Source: Candidatus Poribacteria bacterium (GTDB lineage Bacteria; Poribacteria; WGA-4E; WGA-3G). Taken from it: 64,000 bases of DNA. Both the position numbers and the translations under genes were made by a program. The notes under the pieces were generated by a model. The model did no database searches, was not told where the DNA came from, and was given only the letters and a program-made list of their open reading frames with translations. The stretch is taken from contig CAXXUA010000005.1 in assembly GCA_963663765.2 (NCBI GenBank), positions 480,001 through 544,000 on the forward strand. Direction: 5' to 3'. Shown here piece by piece: positions 30,750-40,642 of this stretch (its first letter is position 1; each line of letters begins with the position of its first letter).

Positions 30750-31517
30750 TTAGAATTTTGGTAATGGTTGGTATGTATTAAAACCTTTTGTTTTGTCTTT
30801 GCCTTGCAAGAGATATATTTTGTGTGATGAACGCACTTCTGCACCGGGAAAACGGACATTTGCTGGCATATATCGCATTGTGTAGCCACATCGTCTTTTT
30901 TGTGATACATTGGGACTGGAATTGTGTATTGTCCATGCATCGTGAAAATGGCACTCACCGACTTCTAACTCCAAATCTACTGCTGTTGATTCATCAATGT
31001 CTGCTGAGACGACTTCTCTGCCAAAGAGATTGTTATTGCGATTGACCGATTCATACCGACGATCACGCAAAGTATGACTTCCAGGGATGACTCGCATGCA
31101 TCCATTTTCAATTTTTGATTCATCCACTGCTAACCACATTGTGATGACGTTCATGGGGTCAAGAGATTTTCCCCAATATACCCCGTCTTGGTGCCAGGGT
31201 ACTTCCATTCCATCGTGTTTGCGTTTGCTAATGAAATGACTTGACCAGAGAACAATATCCTGACCGATGAACCTTTCAATCACTTTCAGCACACGTGGGT
31301 GAGTTAGGTATTTGAATAGAAACGGATGTGTGAAGTGAGGTACGTCCATCTGTTCTGGACGTTTACCTTCAGGTAAGTTCTCAATCATTTCGGCTACATA
31401 ATCCCGCAGTTCGTTTAACTCGGATTCTGTAAAGATGCGACCGTAAGTGAGATACCCATTTTCTTTGTAGAAACTTACTTGTTCGTCGGATACTGTTGTT
31501 TGTATTTGCCAATTCAT
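30750..31517 (-). CDS. Phytanoyl-CoA dioxygenase (PhyH) family
   Basis: PWHQD, ENGCMRVIPGSH, H.S.PN...RR. Confidence 0.9.
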   Translation of the reverse strand: MNWQIQTTVSDEQVSFYKENGYLTYGRIFTESELNELRDYVAEMIENLPEGKRPEQMDVPHFTHPFLFKYLTHPRVLKVIERFIGQDIVLWSSHFISKRKHDGMEVPWHQDGVYWGKSLDPMNVITMWLAVDESKIENGCMRVIPGSHTLRDRRYESVNRNNNLFGREVVSADIDESTAVDLELEVGECHFHDAWTIHNSSPNVSQKRRCGYTMRYMPANVRFPGAEVRSSHKIYLLQGKDKTKGFNTYQPLPKF

Positions 31518-31687
31518 TTTTTTACCTGTTTTTGTGCAATGTCCGTAGTTGCTATCTACAAGAATTATTGGATATAAGTACTGTTTTCAGTATAGTTTTT
31601 CTTCAAACTTGATGGTTCTGAATTACAGGTTGATTTCTTAATATGTTTTCAAATGAAAACATATTTCGCTTTTTTGAAAACATTTTA

Positions 31688-31732
31688 AATTGCCTATAAA
31701 CCCAGTCTTTGTGTGGGTTTATAGGCAATTTT
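31688..31732. other. Long perfect hairpin, possible terminator
   Basis: aaattgcctataaaccca ... tgggtttataggcaattt. Confidence 0.5.
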
Positions 31733-32035
31733 GTTGATTTAAAAAATAATTTTGCTCATGTGTAACGTTTTTGTTTTTTGTCTGAACCATGATTTTCAGG
31801 ATTTCCAGATTTTCAGGATTGATTTCTGCACAGTAAGTTTTTTTAAAGGACAACAAGCTTTGACAGGATCAAGATTTATAGATCTACGTCTATAATGTAA
31901 TGTGAAATGTATTATAACATACTAAATTAGCATTTGTCAAGTAAGAATATACAAAATTTACAATTTTTGTGATTTTGTAGAAAATTTTAATTTATACACG
32001 TATACATCTTGCAAAACCTTGTTTAACCAAAGTCA

Positions 32036-33898
32036 CTATTTGTTCTCGTCGCTTGGGATTGTCCACAATAACACTGTGCCGTCATAACTGCCACTGGCAA
32101 GGGTTTTGCCATCCGGACTAAATGCTACATTACGGACCCATCCCGTATGTCCTTTGAGTGTGTGTATGATCTTCCCCGTGTCTGTGTTCCACAAGCGGAT
32201 GGTTTTATCCATACTTCCACTGACAAGTGTAATACCATCTGGACTGAACGCTACACAGTTGACCTGATTTGTATGTTCTTCCAGTGTGTGTATGATGTTC
32301 CCTGTGTCTGCGTTCCACAAATGAATGGTGTTGTCTCTACTTCCGCTTGCGATTATTTTTCCATCCGCTCTGAACGCGATGCTCTTGACCGTTCGCGTAT
32401 GCCCATTAAGTGTGCGGAGGCGATTACCCGTGTCTGTGTTCCACAAGCGGATGGTTGTGTCCTCACTTCCGCTTGCGATTGTTTTCCCATCTGGACTGAA
32501 CGCGACGCTGATGACACCCTCCGTATGTCCTGTGAGGACGCGAAGATGCGTGCCGTTGTTTGCGTCCCACACGCGGACAGAGAAGTCCTTACTACCACTT
32601 GCGATTGTGCTTCCATCAGGACTGAACGCGACGCTGGTGACATAATGTGTATGTCCTGTGAGGGTGTGTATGAGGTCACCAATGTTGAAGTTCCACAAGC
32701 GAATGGTTTTGTCCTCACTTCCACTTGCGATTGTGTTTCCATCTGGACTGAATTCTACGCTGCTGACACCCTCCGTATGCCCTTCAAACGTGCGGAGAAG
32801 GGTAGCAGTGTCTGGTTTCCATAGATGAACAGCTGTATCCTGACCGCAACTGGCGAGAATGTTACTATCCGGGCTGAACGCTACACTATAGACAGCATCC
32901 GTATGTCCTTCAAATGTGCGGAGGAGATCACCCATGTCTGCATTCCAAAAACGGAGGGTTCCGTCCCCACTGCGACTGGCAATTGTTTTTCCATCCGGAC
33001 TGAAGGCTACACCTCTGACACCCTCCGTTTGTCCGTCAAACGTGCGTAGGTGATCACCTGTGTTTGCGTCCCACAAGCGAAGCGTATTATCCTTACTGAC
33101 GCTTGCGAATGTTTTCCCATCTGGACTGAAGGCTACATGTCTGACTATACCGGTATGTCTTTCCAGCGTGCGTATGAATTTATAAGTGTTAGCGTTCCAC
33201 AAACGGATCGTATTGTCACGACTTCCGCTGGCGATCATGTTACCATCTGGACTAAATACTACGGTGAAGACAGCAAACTCGTGTCCTGCAAGAGTAGGGA
33301 GGTAATTCCCTGTGTTAGCGTTCCACAAACGGATTGTGTTGTCTGAATTCCCACTTGCAATCGTGCTACCATCCGGACTGAAGGCTACGGTATAGACATC
33401 ACCAGCATGTGCTGTTAGTGTTCGGATGTGTGTACCGTTGTGAAAGTTCCACAAACGGACGGTTACGTCCCCACTGCCACTGGCAATTGTTTTTCCATCC
33501 GGACTGAACGCTACACTGCTGACCCAACTCTTATGTCCTTTGAGTGTGCGTATAAGGTCACTCGTGTCTGCGTTCCATAAGCGGATGGTGTTGTCAACAC
33601 TCCCACTGGCGATTGTTTTTCCATCCGGACTGAACGCTATGCTGGTGACTTGAGATGTATGTCCTGATAAGAGATCAAGTTCTTCGCCTGTCTGTGCATC
33701 GTATATCCACACGCCGATGCTACTTGCTACGGCTAACTTTGTGCCATCGGGTGAATACGATAAATTACCAGTAATCTGTCCTTTCCCGAGTCGTGCTTTT
33801 GCACCTTCGGGGAGATTCCATTCTGTGTAGTCTTGAGCAAACGTGGTTGTGGATGCTAAGGTCAGGACGATCCATAGTGTGTAGAATATGTGATTCAT
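32036..33898 (-). CDS. Secreted WD40-repeat protein with highly regular repeats
   Basis: Signal peptide, LPEGAKARLGKG, about 13 GH..V.SVAFSPDG.TIASGS.D.TIRLW repeats. Confidence 0.93.
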   Translation of the reverse strand: MNHIFYTLWIVLTLASTTTFAQDYTEWNLPEGAKARLGKGQITGNLSYSPDGTKLAVASSIGVWIYDAQTGEELDLLSGHTSQVTSIAFSPDGKTIASGSVDNTIRLWNADTSDLIRTLKGHKSWVSSVAFSPDGKTIASGSGDVTVRLWNFHNGTHIRTLTAHAGDVYTVAFSPDGSTIASGNSDNTIRLWNANTGNYLPTLAGHEFAVFTVVFSPDGNMIASGSRDNTIRLWNANTYKFIRTLERHTGIVRHVAFSPDGKTFASVSKDNTLRLWDANTGDHLRTFDGQTEGVRGVAFSPDGKTIASRSGDGTLRFWNADMGDLLRTFEGHTDAVYSVAFSPDSNILASCGQDTAVHLWKPDTATLLRTFEGHTEGVSSVEFSPDGNTIASGSEDKTIRLWNFNIGDLIHTLTGHTHYVTSVAFSPDGSTIASGSKDFSVRVWDANNGTHLRVLTGHTEGVISVAFSPDGKTIASGSEDTTIRLWNTDTGNRLRTLNGHTRTVKSIAFRADGKIIASGSRDNTIHLWNADTGNIIHTLEEHTNQVNCVAFSPDGITLVSGSMDKTIRLWNTDTGKIIHTLKGHTGWVRNVAFSPDGKTLASGSYDGTVLLWTIPSDENK

Positions 33899-33973
33899 GT
33901 GTGGTTTACCTTCTTTTACCTGTATTTGCGTTGTTGGATAGCCAAATACCGGATAGTTGCGAGTGATTGAATT

Positions 33974-34816
33974 TTATTCTGTAGATAATATTCTGTTAAG
34001 ACTACCTCCGAGAATTTCTGCTTTATCGTTTTCGGGTATGAATGTGCAATGTGTTCTGAATGCTTCAAGAGCGTGTTGATATGTCATGAATTTACGGACT
34101 ACGGGATAATCGGAACCCCAGCAGAGTCGTCCTGGACCGAAATGTTCGTAGAGAGCACGCACAATCCAGTGTGTATCGGAATAGGGATAGTCCCACGAGA
34201 CTTGGGAAACGTAGGCGAATCCTGACATCTTTACATGGATATTTGGTATTTTTGCAGAGGTAAGAACTTCGTTTAGTTGTGGATATGGATGTTTTTCTCC
34301 AGAACGCGCACCTGCCATGTGATGACACAAAAACGGTATTGATGGGAACTGTGCTGCGAGTTTGCGTAATGGTGCATGTTGATGACTACCCATTGCTATG
34401 CTTGCGATTAACCCTAATTCTGCGGTTGTCTGGAAGAAATTCTGTCCTTCATCAGTAAAGAACCAGCTGCAATCGTCATCACCTTTGAGGTAGTGTGTGT
34501 AACCTTTTAGGTTGTATTTTTCTGCTGCGGATTTGAGTCTGTCCGTTGCGCCGTCAGTGTGGTAAGTGTCGGTCCAGGAACAGTCTACATCTGCGAATTG
34601 AATGAGTCTGTCTGGATAGCGTTGTACACACTCTGCAATGTAATCATTGTTATCGGGATTTTTGTCTATACGCGCGCAGATTATCACGGCTTTATTTACT
34701 TTGTGTGTATCCATTTCGTGTAGCAGTTGTTCAGCTGTTCCACGACTTTTCTCGTCAGGGACAGGCGGTTGGTAGGGCCAAGTGTGCCATGCGTGTGTGT
34801 GGGAATCAATAATCAT
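33974..34816 (-). CDS. Amidohydrolase_2 family protein
   Basis: IDSHTH, VKMSG, WGSDYP; start set at MIIDSH. Confidence 0.88.
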   Translation of the reverse strand: MIIDSHTHAWHTWPYQPPVPDEKSRGTAEQLLHEMDTHKVNKAVIICARIDKNPDNNDYIAECVQRYPDRLIQFADVDCSWTDTYHTDGATDRLKSAAEKYNLKGYTHYLKGDDDCSWFFTDEGQNFFQTTAELGLIASIAMGSHQHAPLRKLAAQFPSIPFLCHHMAGARSGEKHPYPQLNEVLTSAKIPNIHVKMSGFAYVSQVSWDYPYSDTHWIVRALYEHFGPGRLCWGSDYPVVRKFMTYQHALEAFRTHCTFIPENDKAEILGGSLNRILSTE

Positions 34817-34927
34817 TTGGGTTTTATGTGTTGTTAATTGGTTGTTTATTGTTATAGTTAATCTTAGTATATATGCGTTGGTATGTTTTGTCAATTTGAA
34901 TTATTTGAAAACTGAATTCAGGGTGGT

Positions 34928-34956
34928 TTGACATTTTATACAAGAACTGATATCCT
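34928..34956 (+). promoter_or_regulatory. Sigma70-type promoter
   Basis: TTGACA-17 bp-TATCCT with TGn; AGGAGG RBS downstream. Confidence 0.55.
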
Positions 34957-34979
34957 ACACAGCAAGGAGGAGAAACATC

Positions 34980-36353
34980 ATGGCAACGTTAATGCAAACT
35001 GAAAATCGTATCAGACCGATCTATATTGATGGATACACCCACAAATTGAGTTACGAACCCGGTGAAGATATTGCGTTCCATGTCTCAACAAGTGCGGGAA
35101 ACTACTCCTTGGAAATTGCACGCATCGGTGTGACACGTGAAGTCGTATTCAACGAATCTGAACTCCCTGGGGAAGCACAACCTGTCCCTGAAAACGCTTC
35201 ATCACACGGATGTGGTTGGAATGCCACCTTCACACTTGAAGTACCAGACACATGGTAAAGTGGGTATTATGAAGGCACCCTTCGCGCAACTGATAGCGGT
35301 GGAGACACTTTATATAGAAACCAGCGTACTGCAGAGAGTTCACTGTTCTTCATCATTCGCGCTTCCAAACCGGGTGAAAACACACCCATTCTCCTCCAAC
35401 TCTCTACCAACACGTACAACGCTTACAATAACTGGGGCGGTTTTAGTCTCTACGGATTTCACGGACACAGTAAGTTGCAAGGCAACCGTGTTTCATTTGA
35501 CCGTCCTACTGGAGGCATCTTTAGAAATTGGGAATTACCCTTCATCGTCTGGGCAGAGCAGAACGGATATTCACTTGATTATGTAGTGAATAGTGACTTG
35601 GAATTCCATCCTGATATATTGGAACATTACAAACTCGTATTGAGCGTTGGGCATGACGAATACTGGTCTGCACCGATGCGGGATAATCTTGAAGCATTCA
35701 TCACAAATGGCGGTAACGTTGCCTTTTTTAGCGGCAATTCTGTGTGTTGGCAGGTGCGTTCTGAAGACAATGGACGCGCCCTCGTCTGCTGGAAGCAGAG
35801 TTACAACCAAGACCCTATCTATAAAACCGATGATTATAGTACGCTGAGTACCTTGTGGAGTCACTATCTGGTGAACAGACCTGAAAATCAGCTGACGGGT
35901 GTCGGTTTCTTACAAGGCGGTTATCACTTGAGCCACGGGCAGTTTATGGATGGTAGTGGTGCATATACAGTGCATCGTCCTGAACATTGGGTATTTGAAG
36001 GCACAAACTTAGCAAGAGATGACACATTCGGTGGAGAGCATACCATCGTTGGTTATGAATGTGATGGGTGTGAATTCACGCTTGAAGATGGTTTACCCGT
36101 ACCAACCTATAATGATAGCACACCTGAAGGATTTACCATCCTCGCAACCGCACCTGTCCGTTGGCATCCAGACGATTGCGAATGGTATGAACGTTGGCAA
36201 AAAGGACATACTGGCGCAGCAACAATGGGTATTTATACAAAGGGTGGCACCGTCTTTACTGCTGCAACTACAGACTGGTCACACGGATTGGCAGGTGGGG
36301 ATGCTGTTGTTGAGCGGATTACACATAATGTTTTGCGGAGGCTTTCGGAGTAA
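34980..36353 (+). pseudogene. N,N-dimethylformamidase beta-subunit-like protein with one in-frame TAA (35256-35258)
   Basis: Both ORFs are in the same frame: PDTW*SGYY...NTYNAYNNWGG.SLY...VSFDRP...GHDEYWS...VGYECD. Confidence 0.82.
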
Positions 36354-36423
36354 GCGCGCTATGTAAAATGAATTAAGTCATACTAACCAATATAAAATCC
36401 ACCCTTAAGAGAGTTTTGTCCTT

Positions 36424-37149
36424 CTATTTTTCCTGGTTTATCCATTGATCTAGTTCTTTCAAGTGTTCGCCTACGATAGAATGATCACTCCGCTGCCGAA
36501 ACTCATTACGGAGATTATTATATTCCTTTCTACCATATAGTGTTGCGATTAGGCAGAACAAAAGGGATATGGGACACTTTGCGGGTACGGGAAAAGAGGG
36601 TTGCGTTTCTGGGAGCCAACTGGGACAATCAATCTGCAGTTTACTATCAAGATAATCTTTATCAAATTTCTTAATAAGTTGTGCGTGGTGGAAGTCATGA
36701 ATTCCCTCTTTACCTGCTGGAGTCTCGGTCTGATTCGCGCTCTCTGGTGTTTCTAAACGAAAACCAATTCCGTAAGGTTTTTGACATTCGTCAGGGCAAT
36801 TGCCAAGACATACTAGCATGACTCTGAGTTTTGCGATGCTATGTGTTTGGTTCCACTTGCAATATAAAGACAGGATTGGGACAAAGTGACCATCTTTTTC
36901 CAGAGGGGGCAAGTATAAAACCTTGCCTTGATCGGAAAAATCCAATTGAGGTTGCTTAAATAAAGATTCTATCTCTTTAGTAGTGGTTATAGGTATCCAC
37001 TTATATTTTATTGCATTGTAAGTTTTCAATGCTTGACAGGATGGTTTTCGCTGCGATTTTTTTGTAATCCACGCCGATCTTTGTTTACTTAACAGATGTA
37101 TGAGAAAATCTTTTAACACGTTGCTTGGTGTGGTCATTGCACTCCCCAT
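36424..37149 (-). CDS. Hypothetical protein, last gene of the methylase operon
   Basis: Long ORF 6 bp from the previous stop; GFRLETPE..HDFHHAQL motif. Confidence 0.7.
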   Translation of the reverse strand: MGSAMTTPSNVLKDFLIHLLSKQRSAWITKKSQRKPSCQALKTYNAIKYKWIPITTTKEIESLFKQPQLDFSDQGKVLYLPPLEKDGHFVPILSLYCKWNQTHSIAKLRVMLVCLGNCPDECQKPYGIGFRLETPESANQTETPAGKEGIHDFHHAQLIKKFDKDYLDSKLQIDCPSWLPETQPSFPVPAKCPISLLFCLIATLYGRKEYNNLRNEFRQRSDHSIVGEHLKELDQWINQEK

Positions 37150-37155
37150 GTAAAA

Positions 37156-38460
37156 TTACAGCGAAAACCGAGCTCTGGGTCGGTAATCAATTTCGTCCTC
37201 ATTAAAATAGTTTACAAATCTTTGGGTAAAGGGCGAGGTAGTATCAGCGAGGAACTCTCTACAACACCCATGATTGTAGAAACGGGAAGCGTCTTCACAA
37301 AATACCCAATCAGGGGTCGCAGTCAACCAAGGTTCTGTTACTTCTTTGATGTCTTCACATTCGCGTAGTTTATCCCAAAACCAGACAGGTCGCGAAATCC
37401 AATGGGCTTTGTCAACTCTGCCGAATCTATAGCACTCAATCAAATTTGTATCCAATCCCAAATCTTCATGCCCTGCCAGTCGTGCTGTTTTATTCCAAGT
37501 TTCAATATTCTCCCTATCACCCTTAATTAAACTTGGATACCTTGAAACCAGATGCGGTGCATCTACCAAAATATCTTGCTCCGGTAGGACGAGTTGCTCC
37601 AACCATTTTGATATTCTGGCAGCACCAACCCTCGCTAAAACGTGCTTATTAATCTCATCGTCTGAATCCTTTATATCCTCTACATCTTTAAATCTCAAAC
37701 CGTTTCCAGATTTCGTTATAAACTCCCGAAACGTTGTTTGAAAATGTTCTTTTCCTTTATCTCTCCAGATGAATTGAACGATTTCTCGTGGTAGTAACTC
37801 AAATAAATCTCTGTCAAAACCAAGAAATTCACTGATGGGTTTCTCCAAATTGTCTTGAACATCTTGGACCCTTTCGTCAAAGTCACGCAGCAAATCACAT
37901 AAATTCGGCCAGCACCAAGGTCTGAACCCTTGTTCAGAATCCTGCCAATCACCCATCCAGAGATTAGGATTGTCTAACTGCTGATCCCCCAAATTCAAGT
38001 CCGCGAATGAATCCAGATCTCCTCTCAGGGTTAGATCAAAAGGATTACTACCATACTGATTCAATCCAATAATCAATTTGCATTTTGAAAAGCAGCGAAC
38101 AAGATAAGCGACGATTTCACCGGTTAGAAATCCTGTAATAAGTTTCATCTCTTTTTTCTTTTTCTTTTTTTCTTTCTCTTGACTATCCAATAAATCGTAA
38201 TCAATTATAAAAATTGATGCATTATCTATTTCATCTGCTTCATCCTTGTGATTATTTTCTAGATCCTTTTCTCCTTTCCGAAATTCAATTTGCCTCTGTT
38301 TCAACGCTTTTATTGCGTTTTGGAATTCACCATGTTTTAGGGATTTAACATTAAAATTTCCGCCTTGATTTGACTTGTCAAGTCCCTCCTCCAATTTTTC
38401 CATAAAACCCTTTGTACGTTTCGGTGCATCATCATATATCAGGATTGTTTCCTTACTCAT
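37156..38460 (-). CDS. Divergent receiver-domain protein with a large unknown C-terminal region
   Basis: ILIYDD (beta1 acidic pair) and IFIIDYDL (phosphoacceptor-like); ATGA overlap with the kinase gene. Confidence 0.65.
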   Translation of the reverse strand: MSKETILIYDDAPKRTKGFMEKLEEGLDKSNQGGNFNVKSLKHGEFQNAIKALKQRQIEFRKGEKDLENNHKDEADEIDNASIFIIDYDLLDSQEKEKKKKKKEMKLITGFLTGEIVAYLVRCFSKCKLIIGLNQYGSNPFDLTLRGDLDSFADLNLGDQQLDNPNLWMGDWQDSEQGFRPWCWPNLCDLLRDFDERVQDVQDNLEKPISEFLGFDRDLFELLPREIVQFIWRDKGKEHFQTTFREFITKSGNGLRFKDVEDIKDSDDEINKHVLARVGAARISKWLEQLVLPEQDILVDAPHLVSRYPSLIKGDRENIETWNKTARLAGHEDLGLDTNLIECYRFGRVDKAHWISRPVWFWDKLRECEDIKEVTEPWLTATPDWVFCEDASRFYNHGCCREFLADTTSPFTQRFVNYFNEDEIDYRPRARFSL

Positions 38461-40625
38461 TTTTCTTCCCTCCATTCAATTGAGAAAGCGGTCTTAAATT
38501 CTTTTTGTGGTTCTACGAACCGGACACGACAACCAATATTGTCTGCCACTAATCGGACAATCGTAAGTCCGAGTCCGGTGCCACCGTAGCCAAGTGCTTT
38601 CCTTTCCGGTGAGATTTTTGACTCCCTTTCAAAAGGTTCAAACAACTTCTCTGCGTTTTTTAAATTGATCCCATGTCCAGTATCCTGGATGAGAATTTTA
38701 TGGTTTTTATCATGAGAACGAGAACTGATATGCAGCAAGCGTGTAGGAGAATCAAGCATTGCAGTAAAAGCGTTAATAAACACATTTTGAAAGATGGCAC
38801 CCCATTCAGCAAATGACGCCTTAGGAAGATACAATAGATCATCAAGTTGATTATAATTTATTTTAGTGTCTCTTGCCAAAAAACTTGTCTGGTGGGTGAT
38901 TTCTTCAATTACTGTCTTTGCCCGTAGTCTTTTGTCTCGCATTAGTATATTATCGGCATCAGCGACGTAGTCAAACAGAAGGTTCGTTGATTTTGCCCTT
39001 TTAAGCCAAACTGTTAAATCCTTGCTTAGTGAATTAAGATTTTTTTGAAGTTCAGAATCCAATGTCTTTATCGCTTTGATTTTATTTATGGTGTTTTCAA
39101 TAAAAGCAAACTGTTTTTGCAGTTCATGTTGATATGATAGTGCTGAAATACCCGCAGTGGCAAGGGGGGCAAGCATTCCCATCTGTCCAAGAACAAGTTC
39201 CTGATCATCCTTTACATTCGTTGTTGCCTCATGAACTTCCTTATAAATTTCTTTGTAAACTTCTTTAGGAATATCTGATTCGTATGCTTCTAACACCTGT
39301 TCAATACGTTCAAATTTCAAAGATGTTGGTTCAATTGATTTTTCTCGTTCTTTTTCTTTATTCCTTCTCTTTGTAGTTTCATGTGCGTAAAAATCTATTG
39401 CAGTACGAACCGTAGCTACCAAATCATCATAGGCAGTAGTCTGAGCTAAACGGTCTCTTGTAATCATGATTTTAAGATTAGGTTCATTGGAAGTATTGAC
39501 GATTACAATCCCAAGCACACGACCAAGAGTTGGTAAATTATGCATTGCATTGGAAATTGGCTCAATACTCTTACCAAGGAGTTTGGACTTGTTTTGTCTA
39601 TGTGAGTGATCATACTCTAATTTCAACCAATCGCTCGTTGGTAAACCGTAAAAAGGAAGACGAAAACCTCCATCATATACATGAACACCACCGTGTTTTT
39701 TGAAATATTCTCTTGCTTCTCCTACTTTGATCCTAAACTTTTGTTTTCCCTTTAAATTATAGATACGAATCTCAAAACGGCAAGTGTTTAGGTTTATATT
39801 CTTGTTGAATTTTCCATTATTATGGTCAAAATTTCTAATATTGTAATTATGGATTATTTTCTCTCCATCTGAAAACTCTAAGGAGAGGATCAGTTCCCCA
39901 TCAACACACTTACCAACAAGTCGAGCAATCCAGATACCCTTTACGGCATTCATTTGGCTTAAAAATTCCTTTTCAAAATCCTGCTGAGTTGATTGAAAAC
40001 GGATTCTAAAACGATCTTTTGGATTGTCCAAAGATGATGAGCCAAAAGGTGGTTGCAGCCACCACAATTCTGAAGCGAGTTCTTGAATAGATTTTTCTGT
40101 CCAATTATCTTTGTCCTTTAGACCTTCCAAGATGAGTGTAGTACCATGTGGGGTATCTAATTCCCATTTACTGCGGTTGTATATATCATATTCAACCATT
40201 ACTTTTGTTAGATCCTCAGCTTCCACAGCTTTTTTCCAATCTATTTGGGCTTCAAGCAGTTGAGGGTTTTTACCTTCTGGAAGAGTTTTTATTGTTAATT
40301 CGTTAGCTAGAAATTGAACTGCTAATCGTCCCACTCCTTTTGATCCGGTCATTTTCCGATTAAACTTTTTGGTAAATTCATTATTCTTATGAGTTGTTCC
40401 AATCCGCATCCAGAAATTTTTGAAATCACTATAGGTCATACCATGCCCATCGTCACTAATTTCAATACGTTCCATATCGGGTGTGAAATCAATTATGACT
40501 TCGGTGGCATCAGCATCATAACTGTTTTTTATCAATTCAGCTAAGGCAATGTGTGGTTTGCCAACGAGCCTTTCACCAAGTTCTCTTAGAAGTTCAGCAT
40601 CAATTGTAAAAGCTAGTGTGCCCAT
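38457..40625 (-). CDS. MORC/GHKL ATPase fused to a histidine kinase
   Basis: N-terminal ELIKNSYDADA, DDGHGM, GSKGVGR, GTTL; C-terminal YQHEL H-box, QNVFINA, DTGHGI, LFEPF, GTGLGL. Confidence 0.88.
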   Translation of the reverse strand: MGTLAFTIDAELLRELGERLVGKPHIALAELIKNSYDADATEVIIDFTPDMERIEISDDGHGMTYSDFKNFWMRIGTTHKNNEFTKKFNRKMTGSKGVGRLAVQFLANELTIKTLPEGKNPQLLEAQIDWKKAVEAEDLTKVMVEYDIYNRSKWELDTPHGTTLILEGLKDKDNWTEKSIQELASELWWLQPPFGSSSLDNPKDRFRIRFQSTQQDFEKEFLSQMNAVKGIWIARLVGKCVDGELILSLEFSDGEKIIHNYNIRNFDHNNGKFNKNINLNTCRFEIRIYNLKGKQKFRIKVGEAREYFKKHGGVHVYDGGFRLPFYGLPTSDWLKLEYDHSHRQNKSKLLGKSIEPISNAMHNLPTLGRVLGIVIVNTSNEPNLKIMITRDRLAQTTAYDDLVATVRTAIDFYAHETTKRRNKEKEREKSIEPTSLKFERIEQVLEAYESDIPKEVYKEIYKEVHEATTNVKDDQELVLGQMGMLAPLATAGISALSYQHELQKQFAFIENTINKIKAIKTLDSELQKNLNSLSKDLTVWLKRAKSTNLLFDYVADADNILMRDKRLRAKTVIEEITHQTSFLARDTKINYNQLDDLLYLPKASFAEWGAIFQNVFINAFTAMLDSPTRLLHISSRSHDKNHKILIQDTGHGINLKNAEKLFEPFERESKISPERKALGYGGTGLGLTIVRLVADNIGCRVRFVEPQKEFKTAFSIEWREEK

Positions 40626-40642
40626 TGTTTTAACCTTTAGTT

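Noticed and set aside
32147-33346. Plus-strand ORFs opposite the WD40 gene
   Set aside because: Antisense shadows of a repetitive coding sequence.
35256-35258. Selenocysteine or pyrrolysine readthrough
   Set aside because: The codon is TAA, not TGA or TAG.
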